A stretch of 63,241 bases of DNA, filler included, from Chiloscyllium plagiosum (taxonomy: Eukaryota), in assembly GCF_004010195.1 (NCBI RefSeq). It is 5 parts of one record of this genome, joined end to end, with 100 filler letters (N's around TTAATTAATTAA, not from the genome) between each part and the next. Parts side by side here need not be neighbours in the genome. Positions count along the whole stretch, not along the records: positions 22,632 to 42,300 come from NC_057710.1; positions 42,401 to 53,388 come from NC_057710.1; 3 more parts are not named here. One strand, written 5' to 3'. A model generated the notes under the pieces. It was given only the letters and a program-made list of their open reading frames with translations. It was not told where the DNA came from and ran no database searches. The translations under genes were made by a program, and so were the position numbers. Position 1 is the stretch's first letter; each line of letters opens with the position of its first letter. Of this stretch, positions 37,381 to 49,924 are shown piece by piece.

Positions 37381-40300
37381 TCTGTTTTATTTAGTAATTT
37401 CTTAATTTTTTTAAAAACCATTCTGATTGGACTTTTAGTTTTTAATCTTTAAATATTTCTCCTATTTACAGTACTTATAAATTAAGAACAACTTTATAAT
37501 AGTCAAATGAGCAGCTATCATGAACCAATGAACTTCTGGTTTTCCTGTGACATTACTCTTTGTTTAATGCTGGGCCCCCTAACCAAGGGCTTTAACTTAT
37601 CTCGGGCTGTGTCTCACTCTGGATGTGATCCTATCTTCCTGATTATGCACAGCTTACTGATTGTAAATACGTAAAGACTTTTATCAAAATCACTACACTC
37701 ATTCTCATATTGCTCTCGTTCTCATAATTGGAAATCTATTAATTAGCACCATCCAAAGTCAGAAAATATGCCAAAGGAAATCGCTTATTATTTACACTAA
37801 ATCACTTGCCCAGCTCATCACACTCTTAAAAAGTCAAACCTGAAATAATGTTAGAAAAAACTTTTGAATCGAACACAAATTGCATGTGAACCAAGTATCT
37901 TGGTAATGAAGTAGATATTTCCATTTAAATCTTTCTGTTGACTAACCTTGATCTGATTCTCTTGACAAACTAATCCAGCCCCAACACCAATTTAAACAAC
38001 AGGTCATTGTCAATGCAACCTCGACCATCGTTTCACTCCAACCATTTAACTTCTATCAAAATATGTCAGCTCAGTTGGGAATAAATATCATTATAAAACA
38101 CTGTAAATAATTTTGAAAACATATCAATGTCACTCACAATGCTTTTATAAAATAAACCGTGAATAAGCAGAGATTGATGCACTAGCAAAAAAGAAACTGT
38201 TAACAGCAGAGACCTCAACACAATTGCTCAAGGGTTCTTCAAAGTTACAATTGGAAAAAGGCTAAAAATTAATTATAAGAGAAAAACTAATAAAACTGTC
38301 TGGAGGGCTCAGTAGGTTTGCCTAGTGAATTGCTGAACCATACAGACAAGAAATGGATCTCTGACTTGGTCTGGGCTAGTTGATCTTCACCGGAATACTA
38401 TATGGGTCACATAATTGGCTTCACTATCCATGAATCTGGAGAGAAACTCTGACTATGTTTCTGGTCATTCCTGTAGATGTGTGATACTGAGTGAATATAG
38501 ATTCGGGCTCCAATATTGTGCCTCTATGTTGAGCCACAGTTCAAGCATGCACCTTAAAATCTTACAATTAAATAATTGAAACATTTAGGTGATACAGCAG
38601 GTTGACCAGACATTATTCAGGGGAGGGAAGGAGTGTTTAAAGGAAAGACTCAGCAATTAATTAAGCATTAAAGGACTAAACTTTCTCTCTACAACATGGC
38701 ATACATCTTTGATACGATGGAGCTTCTGCCAACCAATGGTTTGCATCTTGAACGCATTGCCTGAAAGTGTGATGGAGACAATTTCAGTCGAGAGTTTGCA
38801 AGGAATTAGACTGTTACTTAAAAAGGAAAATGTGCAGGGTTACAGGGAGAAAGCAGCATCTAATTTAATGTCATTCAAAGTTGATAGAGACAGAATAGGT
38901 TAAATGCACTGAAATTGTTATGTGGTTTATCCAAAACTCTGTTACCTACATCTTACCTTCTCTGTAAACCAAGCTCCTATTAGTTCTGTGCTAACTGATT
39001 TACATTAGCTCAGGGTTTCTTAATGCCTCTTTAGAATTCTCTTCATGAGTTGACATTCCCTATCCTCCACTTTGACAAAAGCGTCCTCCCCTCAGAACTC
39101 TCCACCCTCTGAGTCTGGCGACTTGTCTATCTGCTCTTCTCCTAACCCACCATGAGTAAGTATTTCACTAGAGGAACATTTGTGTTGTTCCTCAAGGCCA
39201 AACAGATGATTAAGATCAAAATGTCCGAAGATTATTCTATCTGATGCACACTTTTATTCTGCTGTCAATGTTTATGCTGACTTTAACCCACTTGTTCTCA
39301 CAAAAATAGTTTGTACGTAGCCTGAAAATGATTTTGGCTCTTACCTCTCACTATCCTCCAATAGGACAACTTCTTGAGCCAATAAAAATATAAATAATCA
39401 TCACATGGCATCTACTCCCATAGTTAACATATTAATGAGATATCAGTGGAATAGCTATAAAGACAATGCAGTAACTGTAACTGGAGAATTGCTTCACTCA
39501 TTTTTGGGAACCAGAGGCATTACTATCTTCAAGAATGTTTCAACCCACACATGTGAAAACCAAGCCAATAGCAGCACACGGTACAATAGAGCAGCAGTCA
39601 ATGCTGAACACCAATGCTGTGGGCATTTGTCATCCAGGGACAGCTAGCCACCCACCCACCAATCCATTCTTACAGTCCAGGTCAATATCCATAATCGATG
39701 TAATTCAAGCAATACATACCCACTGCTAAAGGTAAAAAATATTTATGGCCTTTGTCTTTGACGAGGATTTTGTTGTTGTCTGGTGTCTGTTCATGTGAAA
39801 GCAAAAAGTGCATTGGTGATGTTTTCATCCAGTTCTATGAATTCAAGCCTGATCTAGTCATGTAATAAAAAGACACTTCCATTTGCCGCAATATATTGTC
39901 AACTTCTAATTCCTTCAACAATAGTGATGCATCCAATCTTCTCATAGGATACGTCTTCAAAATACAATTTCAAGCTATCACAAATGTAAAAAACTAGACA
40001 GCAATTGAAAGCATAGTGACAGAATGCTCTGAAAATTGTCATAAATATAACACCAGGCAATTTCTGAGACCACTGAGATAGTATATTCTGTCATTATCGG
40101 TTGTCCTGTATATATTATTGTCGAAGAGTGTGGAAACTGACATTTTGAAAGGAAATAAAGAAAGCAGAAATATCTGTACATCAAAAAGATGGCTGACAGG
40201 ATACAACAAAACTTTAGTTCAGTCAAGGAATTTCTTTATTCGTCTAAATAAGTATCATTCTAGGCTATTTTAGAAATTTTAATCAACAATAAATGATTTT

Positions 40301-40552
40301 TATTTTTCTGTAAAATGTTGAGAAACTTTATCTTTGGACTTTATTTCCAATTTTATTCCTTATATTGTGGTCATTCATACTGCAAGACGGAGCCTCCAAA
40401 TACTTAAGCAGCCAGCTGTGATTTGAATATCTGTAAGAAGTAAAAGAAAAGTTCCTTTTGTCACAGTTCATTCACTTCCTAAATGTTGACCTGGACAAGA
40501 TCAAACCAATTACATCGGAGATATAAAGATGGGAGCAAGGGGGTAATATATA

Positions 40553-42300
40553 TTAGAACATAGAACATTACAGCGTAGTACAGGCCCTTCGGCCCTCGAT
40601 GTTGCGCCGCCCTGTCATACTAATCTGAAGCCCATCCCACCTACACTATTCCATGTACGTCCATATGCCTGTCCAATGATGACTTAAATGCACTTAAACT
40701 TGGTGAAGCATTTCATACCCTTACTACTCTCTGAGTAAAGAAACTACCTTTGACATCTCTCTTATACCTATTTCCCCTCATTTTAAAGTTGTGTCCCCTC
40801 ATGTTTGCCGTTCCCATTCTTGGAAAAAGGCTCTCCCTGTCCACCCTATCTAACCCTCTGATTATCTTGTATGTCTCTATTAAGTCACCTCTCAACCTTC
40901 TTCTCTCTAATGAGAACAGCCTCAAGGCCCTCAGCCTTTCCTCGTAAGACATTCCTTCCATACCAGGAAGCATCCTAGTAAATCTCCTCTGCACCCTTTC
41001 CAAAGCTTCCACATCCTTCTTATAATACGGTGACCAGACATGGACACCGAGATCTCTCTGCTCATCTGCACTCCCAAGAATCTTACCATTAGCCCAGTAC
41101 TTTGCATTCCGATTACTCTGTCCAAAGTGTATTACCTCACACTTGTCCACATTAAACTCCATTTGCCACCTCTCATCCCAGCTCTGCATCCTATCTATGT
41201 CTCTCTGCAACCTACTACATCCTTCGTCACTATCCACAACTCCACTGACCTTAGTGTCGTCCGCAAATTTACTAACCCACCGTTCTAAGCCCTCATCCAG
41301 GTCATTTATAAAAATGACAAACAGCAGTGGATCCAACACTGACCCTTGCAGTACGCCGCTAGCAACTGGACACCAAGGTGAACATGTTCCATCAACTACA
41401 ACCCTCTGTTTTATTTCAGCTAGCCAATTACTGATCCAAACTGCTATGTCTCCCACAATCCCATTCCTCCACATTTTGTATAATAGCCTACTGTTGGGAA
41501 CCTTATTGAGCACCTTGCTGAAATCTATATACACCACATCAACCGGTTTACTCTCATCTACCTGTTTGGTCACTTTGTCAAAAAAGTCAATGAGATTCAT
41601 TAGGCACTACCTACCCTTCACAAAACCGTGCTGACTGTCCCTGATCAGATTGTTCTTTTCTAGATGATTATAAATCCTATCTTTTATAACCTTTTCCAAC
41701 ACTTTACCAACAACTGAAGTGAGACTCTCTGGTCTGTAATTACCAGGGTTGTCTCTACTACCCTTTTTGAACAAGGGAACCACATTTGCTATCCTCCAGT
41801 CCTCAGGCACTATTCCTGTAGACAATGATGATTTGAAGATCAATGCCAAAGGCTCGGCAATCTCTTCCCTTGATTCCCAGAGGATCCTAGGATAGATCCC
41901 ATCCGGCCCAGGGGATTTGTCTATTTTCACAATCTGCAGTATTTCTAATACCTCTTCCTTGTGAACCTCAATCTCTTCTAGTCTAGCAAGTATCTCTGTA
42001 TCTTCCTCGCCAACATTTTCACTTTCTATAGTGAACACTGTCCAAAAATATTTATTTAGTGCTTCCCCTAACTCCTCTGACTCCACACACAACTTCCCAC
42101 TATTTTCCTTGATTGGCCCTAATTTAACTCTCGTCATTCTTTTATTCCTGACATACCTATGGAAAGCCTTAGGGTTAACCCTGATCCTATCCGCCAACAA
42201 CTTCTCATGTCTCTTCCTGCCTCTTCTGAGCTCTGTTTTTAGGTCTTTCCTGACTTCCTTGTAACCCCCAAGCGCCCTAACTGAGTTTTCACATTTTGTC
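40553..42300 (-). mobile_element. CR1 LINE RT and 3' end, runs into gap
   Basis: KSPGPDG, QHGFVKGR, GVLQGSVL, FADDTK, FFTQRVVRV; (AGAACAT)n tail; internal deletion near 41038. Confidence 0.93.
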
Positions 42301-42400
42301 NNNNNNNNNNNNNNNNNNNNNNNNNNNNNNNNNNNNNNNNNNNNTTAATTAATTAANNNNNNNNNNNNNNNNNNNNNNNNNNNNNNNNNNNNNNNNNNNN
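42301..42400. other. Assembly gap/linker
   Basis: 44 N + TTAATTAATTAA + 44 N. Confidence 0.95.
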
Positions 42401-42558
42401 CACCCCTCCTCCAAAATCCCTCCCCCCTACCTTTTATCTCAGCCCGCTTGGCACACCAGCCTCATTCCTGAAGAAGGGCTTATGTCCGAAACGTCGATTC
42501 TCCTGCTCCTCGGATGCTGCCTGGCCTGCTGTGTTTTTCCATCACCACACTTTTCAAC
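42401..42558 (+). mobile_element. Penelope-like pLTR
   Basis: Similar to 22770-22915. Confidence 0.8.
42464..42499 (+). ncRNA. Minimal type I hammerhead ribozyme
   Basis: ATTC-CTGAAGA-A-GGGC-TTAT-GTCC-GAAACGTC-GATT. Core intact, one G-U pair in stem II, ACGT palindrome, GUC cleavage triplet. Confidence 0.75.
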
Positions 42559-42559
42559 C

Positions 42560-42905
42560 TTCTTCATTATCCTATCTACCTGCAACTACACTTTCAAGGA
42601 GCTATGAACCTGCACTCCAAGGTCTCTTTGTTCAGCAACACTCCCTAGGACCTTACCATTAAGTGTATAAGTCCTGCTAAGATTTGCTTTCCCAAAATGC
42701 AGCAACTCGCATTTATCTAAATTAAACTCCATCTGCTACTTCTCAGCCCACTGGCCCATCCGATCAAGATCCCGTTGTAATCTGAGGTAACCTTCTTCAC
42801 TGTCCACTACACCTCCAATTTTGGTGTCATCTGTGAACTTACTAACTATACCCTTTATGCTCACATCCAAATTATTTATATAAATGATGAAAAGTAGTGG
42901 ACCAA
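42560..42905 (-). mobile_element. CR1 LINE RT fragment
   Basis: Closely similar to 62620-62870 and the reverse complement of 58420-58580; FTDDTKIGG. Confidence 0.85.
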
Positions 42906-42919
42906 TAACCATGCATGAC

Positions 42920-44685
42920 TCATATCTAGCTTCGTGAAGGACACCACCATCTCACCCCCACCACCAGTTTTGCATATAACTCTTCTGTACAAGTAATTGG
43001 ATATTTATCCAAATGCAAAAGGCACTTTACAATTTCTTTAAAATCCTCACAAAGGCAAACTGATCCATCAGCTATCACTTTCAGCAGAACTAGTGCTGCC
43101 CATTCTGCAAAATGTACAGGTTTGATGATTCCTTCATGTTCCAGCCTCCTGATTTCTGCCTCTCCTGTGCACACAAGGTAAATGGCACTGGGCAGACCTT
43201 GCAGAGTCGTGGAACTACTGCTTGGTCAACACATAAGTTGGCCTTGGCCCCTTTGTTTGTCCTCAGATCTTCCTGAAAGATATTCAGATACTAATTTAGG
43301 ACTCAGGCAGCCATTTTCTACACAAAAATGTTGAGCCAATGAAGTTAAATCTTTCTCAACCAATTTCACCCCATTAAGCTTGGGCCCAAGCCTTTTACTA
43401 CAATAATGGCAACTGAACAAGCTGCTTCTCGTAAGAGACCGGAACCAAAATTGTACCCTTAATCTGAAGGGGCTTCCCGTTATCAGTTCTCAGCCTGGCT
43501 GAGGTCTTACACAAACTTAAGGGTTGGAGTCGCAAGAAAATTTTGTTAACGATTTGTCCCCCAATCACTGACACAGCCACATCAGTACTGACTTCCAGTA
43601 GAACTGGGTGACCATTTGAGCAGACATTTATTTTGATTGGTTCTGATTTGGATGTTGCAAAGTAATTTAACTGTTCCAAACCAGCTGTAGATGGACTTTC
43701 CAGAGTGTGCACTCTCCTAGATACCAACCTGAATTCTCTTACTTATTTCAGCTCTAGTGGGACTCTTTTGCTGTATTGAGTCCACATATCAGCAGCAACT
43801 ACAATGGCCTGCTGACATGGATCCTGAAGAAAATTTTAACTATTTGGCAAAGGCTTGGCTTTGCCTTTGGGTTTTGCTACAGGCTGACCTACAGTCCCTC
43901 TGTTCAGGATCTGTCCTGAGTGAGACTATGCAATTGTGTTCACTCAAGTGGTGCCCCCCAAGCTCAGTCAGCCTGGCGAGGGTTTCCACTTCCATCAGCA
44001 TACCTTGTAACTCATATGCTCCGCTTGCCACATTTTCTAATGATAAAGCCAATTGTAGTGCCTGTTTGAATTCAGGTCGGCTTCAGCTAGTAGGCGTTTT
44101 TGCACAGTCACATCATTAATCCCACATACCATATGGCCTCTCAGCATCTCATTAAGGGTTAAACCAAAGTCACATGTTGCGGGACCAAAGTCACACCAGT
44201 TGTCTTAACTTTGTCAAAAATCCCGATATGAATTCCCCTGGTTCTCAAACTGCCAAGTAAAACTGATAACACCTCAGAATTAGAGGAGACTTTGAGTTGT
44301 AATATTCCTTTGCTAAATCCATCAACTCTTGAAAGGTTTTAGAATCTGGTACTTCAGGGAAATTTAGGCTGCTAATAATCCAAAAGGCTACAGGTCCACA
44401 TGCTGTCAGAAGAATTATTTGTTTTTCATATGCCTGGATCGAATGAGTCAAGCTTCTAAATGGTGGCATGATGCCAGAAATGCTTACCCCAGCTCAAAGA
44501 CAACGGTCGCCAGTGAACCTGTTCAGGAGCGTGTTTTCCTCTCATTGCCACTGAAATAATTCCACGAAGGCCAGTATCCCATTACCAAGCCATTCTTTAT
44601 TTACATGTCCATGGAACACACCACTGACCCAACTAGCTCAGAGCTGGCTCCTAGAGTGAGCAGAATCCCTGGCACTCCAGTTTAT
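42920..44685 (-). mobile_element. Decayed Gypsy/Ty3 LTR retrotransposon, 5' half (LTR, PBS, gag, protease, start of RT)
   Basis: LTR ends ...TTTCA at 44552, followed by PBS-like TGGCAATGAGAGG (44538-44550). Gag ILLTACGP..PDSKTFQEL, protease LLEVSTDVAVSVI (decayed DTG), RT LEHEGIIKPV..AEWAA..DGSVCLCEDFK..DKYPI. Confidence 0.85.
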
Positions 44686-45155
44686 TTTTCTTTTATATTT
44701 TCCCCAGCACCCTTGCTGTGTGTGTGCAGGTGTGAGACACAGTGAGAGACAAGGTGTACAAATCTTTATTCAATTTCCACCACCAGAAAGAAAGAAAACA
44801 CCCTGGTGGCCAGTGACGAGCAATGCCCTTCTTAGAGGACAATGCTGCGTGATCAAACAGTGAAGAGGAGGGCAGGGATTAAGTCAAAATAGAGTTGGAG
44901 GGGGAAATAATACACTACCTCGCCATGTACAGCTCAAGGGTGTTGGTGGACACCGCATGCTCCTACTCCAGAAACACCTGGGCTCTCACATAATCGCGGA
45001 AGAGGGGCAGGCAATCGGCTCTAACGGCACCCTCCATGGCCCACTGCCTGGACCAGTTTGACCAGGCCCAGGAGCAGACCTACAAGGAGGTCCTCTGACC
45101 TGCCCTGACCCTCCTTACCGGGTGCAGGAAGATCATGAGTGTGGGACTGAAGTGA
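44686..45155 (-). mobile_element. 5'-truncated Tx1-clade LINE copy 1
   Basis: Homologous to the 3' end of the long element (45757-46290). Flanked by CACTCCAGTTTATT / CACTCTAGTTTATT. Confidence 0.85.
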
Positions 45156-45228
45156 CACTCTAGTTTATTTTTTTTAAATGAGGAAAAATCAACTACAATT
45201 TAGCACTTTGAGTCCCTTAAAAACCCCT

Positions 45229-45710
45229 GTTTTTTTTCTTTTTTTGTGTGCAGGAGTGAGACACAGTGAAAGACACAAGGTGCATATATCTTTATTCAAA
45301 TTTCCATCACCAGGGAAAAAAGAAACACCCAAAGGCCAGTGACAAGCAATGCCCTTCTTAGAGGAAAATGCTGCGTGATCAAACAGTGAAGAGGAGGGCA
45401 GGGATTAAGTCAAAATAAAGTTGGAGGGGGAAATAATGCACTCCACTCCCTGCAGCGACCACCTCTCCCTGAACAACTCCAGGGTGTTGGTGGAGACCGC
45501 GTGCTTCTTTTCCAGAGGCACCCGGGCTCTAACGTAACTGCGGAAGAGGGGCAGGCAGTCGGCCCTAACGACCCCCGCCATGGCCCGTTGCCTGGACCTG
45601 TTGATGGCCAGTTTGGCCAGGCCCAGGAGCAGACCTACAAGGAGGTCCTCTGACCTGTCCTTCCCCTCCTTACTTGGTGCAGGAAGATCACGCATGTGGG
45701 ACTGAAGTGA
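45229..45710 (-). mobile_element. 5'-truncated Tx1-clade LINE copy 2
   Basis: ORF 45405-45713 LLLGLAKLAINRSRQRA..CLPLFRSYVRARV..FRERW; poly-T at 45230-45245. Confidence 0.88.
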
Positions 45711-45993
45711 CACTCCAGTTTATTTTTTGTGTGCAGGTGTGAGAAACACTCCTGTTTCTTTTTTTTTCTAACCCCCACACTACCGCCTAACTGCAGTAGT
45801 GCTTATGTTTTCCCCAGCACCCATGGTGTGTGTGTGCGCAGGTGCGACACACAGTGAGAGACACAAGGTGCACAAAACTTTATTCAATTTCCACCACCAG
45901 GAAGATAGGAAAACACCCGAGAGGCCAGTGACAAGCAGTACCCTTCACAAAAGGCAATGCTGTGTGATCAAACAGTGAAGGGGAGGGCAGGGA

Positions 45994-48900
45994 TTAAATC
46001 AAAATAAAGTTGGAGGGAGAAATGATGCACTCCACTCCCTGCGGCGCCCACCTCTCCCTGAACAACTCCAGGGTGTTGGTGGATCCTGGCGTGCTCCTTC
46101 TCCAAGGACACCCGGGCTCTAACGTAACCGCAGAAGAGGGGCAGGCAGTCGGCCCTAACGACCCCCTCCACAGCCCGCTGCCTGGACCTGTTGATGGCCA
46201 GGCCCAGGAGCAGACCCACGAGGAGGTCTTCAGACCTGGCCCTCCCTCCTGCGTAGCGGGGGCCCGAAGACCAGGAGCGTGGAACTGAAGTGCAACCAAA
46301 AGCAGAGGAGGAGGTTTTTCAGAAAATCAAAAAGGGAGTGCAAACGCCCACACCCAATATATACATGGTCCATGGACTCCACAGCACCACAGAACAAGTA
46401 GTTGGGCTGGGAGTCCATGAACCACCGCAATCTGCGGTTGCAGGGGACTGCTGCGTGCAGCACCCTCCACCCCAGATCCCCGAGAGAAAGGGGGAGGACT
46501 CCCACGTAGAGAGCCCTCCACTGGGGATCCCCATCGCCCGGTGGCAAATGGGCACGCCAAGGCGTGTCCGAACGGTGGATGAGGGAGAAAAGACGATGTG
46601 CAGCAGCAGTCTATATAAGGCCCTCCTTTTTAGCCCCTGGAAGAGAACAAAATATAATTCCGGAGGCGGCTCAGGTTGTGGGGCACAGGCTCCCGCGGGA
46701 AGTACGGGACCTTGGGGCCCGCGGGAAGTACGGGACCTTGGGGCCAATGTGAAATTCCATCCGGGCTGGGGTGAGTGCGGACAGGATCCCACCGCACACC
46801 TGAGTGTCCTCCAACTGGTGCACTACGTCGGGTCCGAGCACCGCCGTTTTAAGGCGTTGGATGGCGGTGGCCACGTACTGGACGTCTACCGCTGCCCTGC
46901 TCACTATGTCCTACAGCAGCGTCCAGCCCAGGCTCCCGGCACCCAGCACGCCCCGACCCTGGTCACCCTCGCCGCCACGGCCCTCCCCTCCGACAGCCAC
47001 TCGACCCCGCGAGTACGGAGGTGCGGATTCCTGAGCTATGGCTCCCTGACAGCCGCTACTCCAGCCTGACGGTAGGCGTGACGCAATTCGACCATGTTCC
47101 AAACAGAGATCAGGTCCTGGTAAAAGACAGGCAGCGTCTTGAGGGCGACCTCCAAACTGTCACAGTCGACGAACAGGAGCTGCATGTTGTAGTTTAGGCT
47201 ACGCACCTGGTGGAAAAAATATATATCGCCAGGGCGCACCACCTAGGAGGAGGCTCGATGTAAAGGTATTGCTGCAAGGTCTAAAGGCGGAACGTCGCGA
47301 CCTGGGTGCGGACGCACACCAGCAACTGACTGCCCTCCTCAATAGGGAGACTCAGAACCTGCGCAGAGACCCAGTGCATCTTTTTGTCCCAGAAGAAGTC
47401 GACCAACGTTCTCTGGATGTCAGCGACAAAGCCAGGAGGAGGGACCAAAGTGACCAGCCGGTACCACAGCATGGCGGCCACCAGCTGGTTTATGACCAGT
47501 ACTCGACTCCTGTAAGATAGCACTCAGAGCAGTCCTATCCAGCGGCCTAGGCGAGCAGAGACTTTGGCCTCCAGCTCCTGCCAGTTGGCCGGCCAGGATT
47601 CCTCAGCCGGGCCGAGGTAGACCCCCAGAGAAGAGTGGTACTCCAGCTGAACCCCCGTAACTCCTCCGGCAGAGAGTCCACCTGCCATGGACCGACCAGT
47701 AGTCCGGAACATTTGGCCCAGTTGATCCTGGCGGAAGACGCTGCAGAGTACACAGCCTGGCACTCACGCATCCTCCCCAGGTCAGCCGGGTCAGTGAAAG
47801 TGAGGAGCACGTCATCAGCGTAGGCAGAGAGGACCAACCCCGTGCCCGCACCGCGCAGAACCAGCCCCGACAACCTCCTCCGCAAGAGGCGCAGGAAAGG
47901 CTCCACGCACAGGGAATACAGCTGGCCGGACAGGGGGCAGCCTTGACGCACTCCTCTCCCGAAGGGAAGGGGCACCGTCAGGGACCCGTTAACTTTAACC
48001 AGACACTCTGCGGCGGTGTACAAAAGTCGGATCCGGGCGACGAACTGCGTCCCGAACCCGAATGCCCGCAGAGTCCCGAGCAGGTACTCGTGATCGACCC
48101 TGTGGAACGCCTTCTCCTGGTCGAGAGACAGGAAGGCGCTCAGCAGACCAGCCCGTTGACAGAAATGGATCAGGTCCCGAACCAGGTGGACGTTGTCGTG
48201 TATCCTGCGGCCCGGGACCGTGTAGGACTGGTCCGGGTGAATCATGTGGGCCAGCACGGAGGCCAGGCGAGAAGACAACACCCTGGCGAAGATTTTGTAG
48301 TCCGTGCTGAGGAGGGAGACCGGACGCCAGTTCTTCAAGGAACAAAGGTCCCCCTTCTTTGGCAGCAGGACGATGACCACCCTGTGCCAAGAAAGGGGCA
48401 GCTCTCCGGCATTTAGACACTCCCCCAGGACCTGTGCGTAGTCGCTCCCCAGGATGTCCCAGAATGCCCTGAAGAACTCCAGTCAGCCCGTCCAGCCCCG
48501 GGGACTTGCCCCTCGAGAGCTGGTTGAGGGCGCCGGTCAGCTCCTCTTAAGTAACGGGAGCGTCGAGCCTTCCAGCGTTCTTCGGGCTGAGCTGTGGCAG
48601 GTCCTCCCACAGAACTCTGCGAGCATCCTCGCTGGACGGATCCGGAGAGACCAGAGCCGTGTAATAGTTTCGGATGTGGGCCCTGATGCCCTCCGGATCC
48701 GAGAAGAGGGACCCGTCGTCGGCCAGCAGCACAAGGAGCTGCTGACGGGTGCCACGCCTTTTTTCCAGCGAGTAGAAGAAGGGGAAGCCGCGGTCCAGGT
48801 CCTGGAGGAGCTGGATCCGTGAGCTCAGGTACGCGCCCCGACGAGCTGCAGGTCCCAGAGCGCGGCCTTCTTCTCTTCGTACACCCCGCGCAGGGCCGGG

Positions 48901-49871
48901 TCCGCGTTGGGCTGACCAAGGCATGACTCCAGGTCGAGCATCTCCCTCTCCAACTCCTCGATCCTGGATTTCCGCCTCTTCATCGACCCCTCGCGTACTC
49001 CTGACAGAAGACGCCCACGTCCCACCATAGCCTCAGGGAGGGGAAGCTTCCCCGCTTCCTTCTCCAGCCGGCCCAGAAACGACGAAACGAGTCCCCGAAC
49101 CGCTCGTCCTCCAGCAGCAGGTTGTTAAAGTGACAGTACGCGGTGCCGAGCCTGGCGTCGAACGGAAGGAGTTCCGCCCACACCAGGTGATGGTCCGTGC
49201 ACGAAACCTGCCGCGTGGAGGCCTTCGGAAAACAGGAGGCGTATGCCTGCAAAACGTACAGGCGGTCAATTCTAGACGCTCGACCCCAGGCCTCACGAAG
49301 GTGAAGGCGATGGAGTCGGGATGGAGATTCCGCCAGACGTCCACCAGGTCTAAGGACTTGACCAAGTCCCCCAACCTCCTCCCCGACGCCCAGCCAGTGC
49401 GGGCACCGCCGTGGTCCCTGCCCTCGAGGGCACAGTTAAAATCTCCCCCGAGGACGACACACTGGTTCTCGTCGATGGAAACGAGATGAGTGCACACTTC
49501 TTCAAAGAAGCTCGCTTTCCTCGGCCAGTCCAGGGGAGCGTAGACGTTCACCAAGTGAAGCACCGCGCCCCCCAGCCGAACCATCAGGTGAAGCAAACGG
49601 CCTGGCATGGGCTCCCTGACCCCCACGATCTCAGGCTGAAAATGTGGGGCCAACAAGATAGCCACCCTGCCAGATCTGCGGGTGAGGTGACTCATGTAGA
49701 CCCCCTCCTCGCCACTCCAGGAGCCAGGTGGCTGTCGTCTCCCGGGGTAGTGTGGGTTTCTTGCAGGAAGCACACCGCATACCTCCCGTCCCGGAGGACC
49801 GAGAGGGTCTGGAATCTGCGCTGTGATTCCCTGCTGCCGTTGATGTTGAGGCTGGCTATAGTTGTCTCCAT
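45994..49871 (-). pseudogene. Tx1 ORF2 (APE endonuclease, RT, C-terminal zinc finger), multiply frameshifted
   Basis: METTIASLNING, FLQETH, LVNVYAP, GGDFNC, TDHHLV, KNWRPVSLLSTDYKI, SLDQEKAF, GVRQGCPLS, YADDV, FCGAVESMDHVYIGC. Perfect 26-bp tandem duplication at 46692-46743. Confidence 0.9.
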
Positions 49872-49924
49872 GTCAGAAGCGTTGTGCAACCACTACCAGT
49901 ACAGTTAAAAACCTATATACATAT

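Noticed and set aside
39300..40250. Unique region with short hydrophobic ORFs and a minus-strand donor near 39340
   Set aside because: No long open frame or recognisable protein on manual translation.
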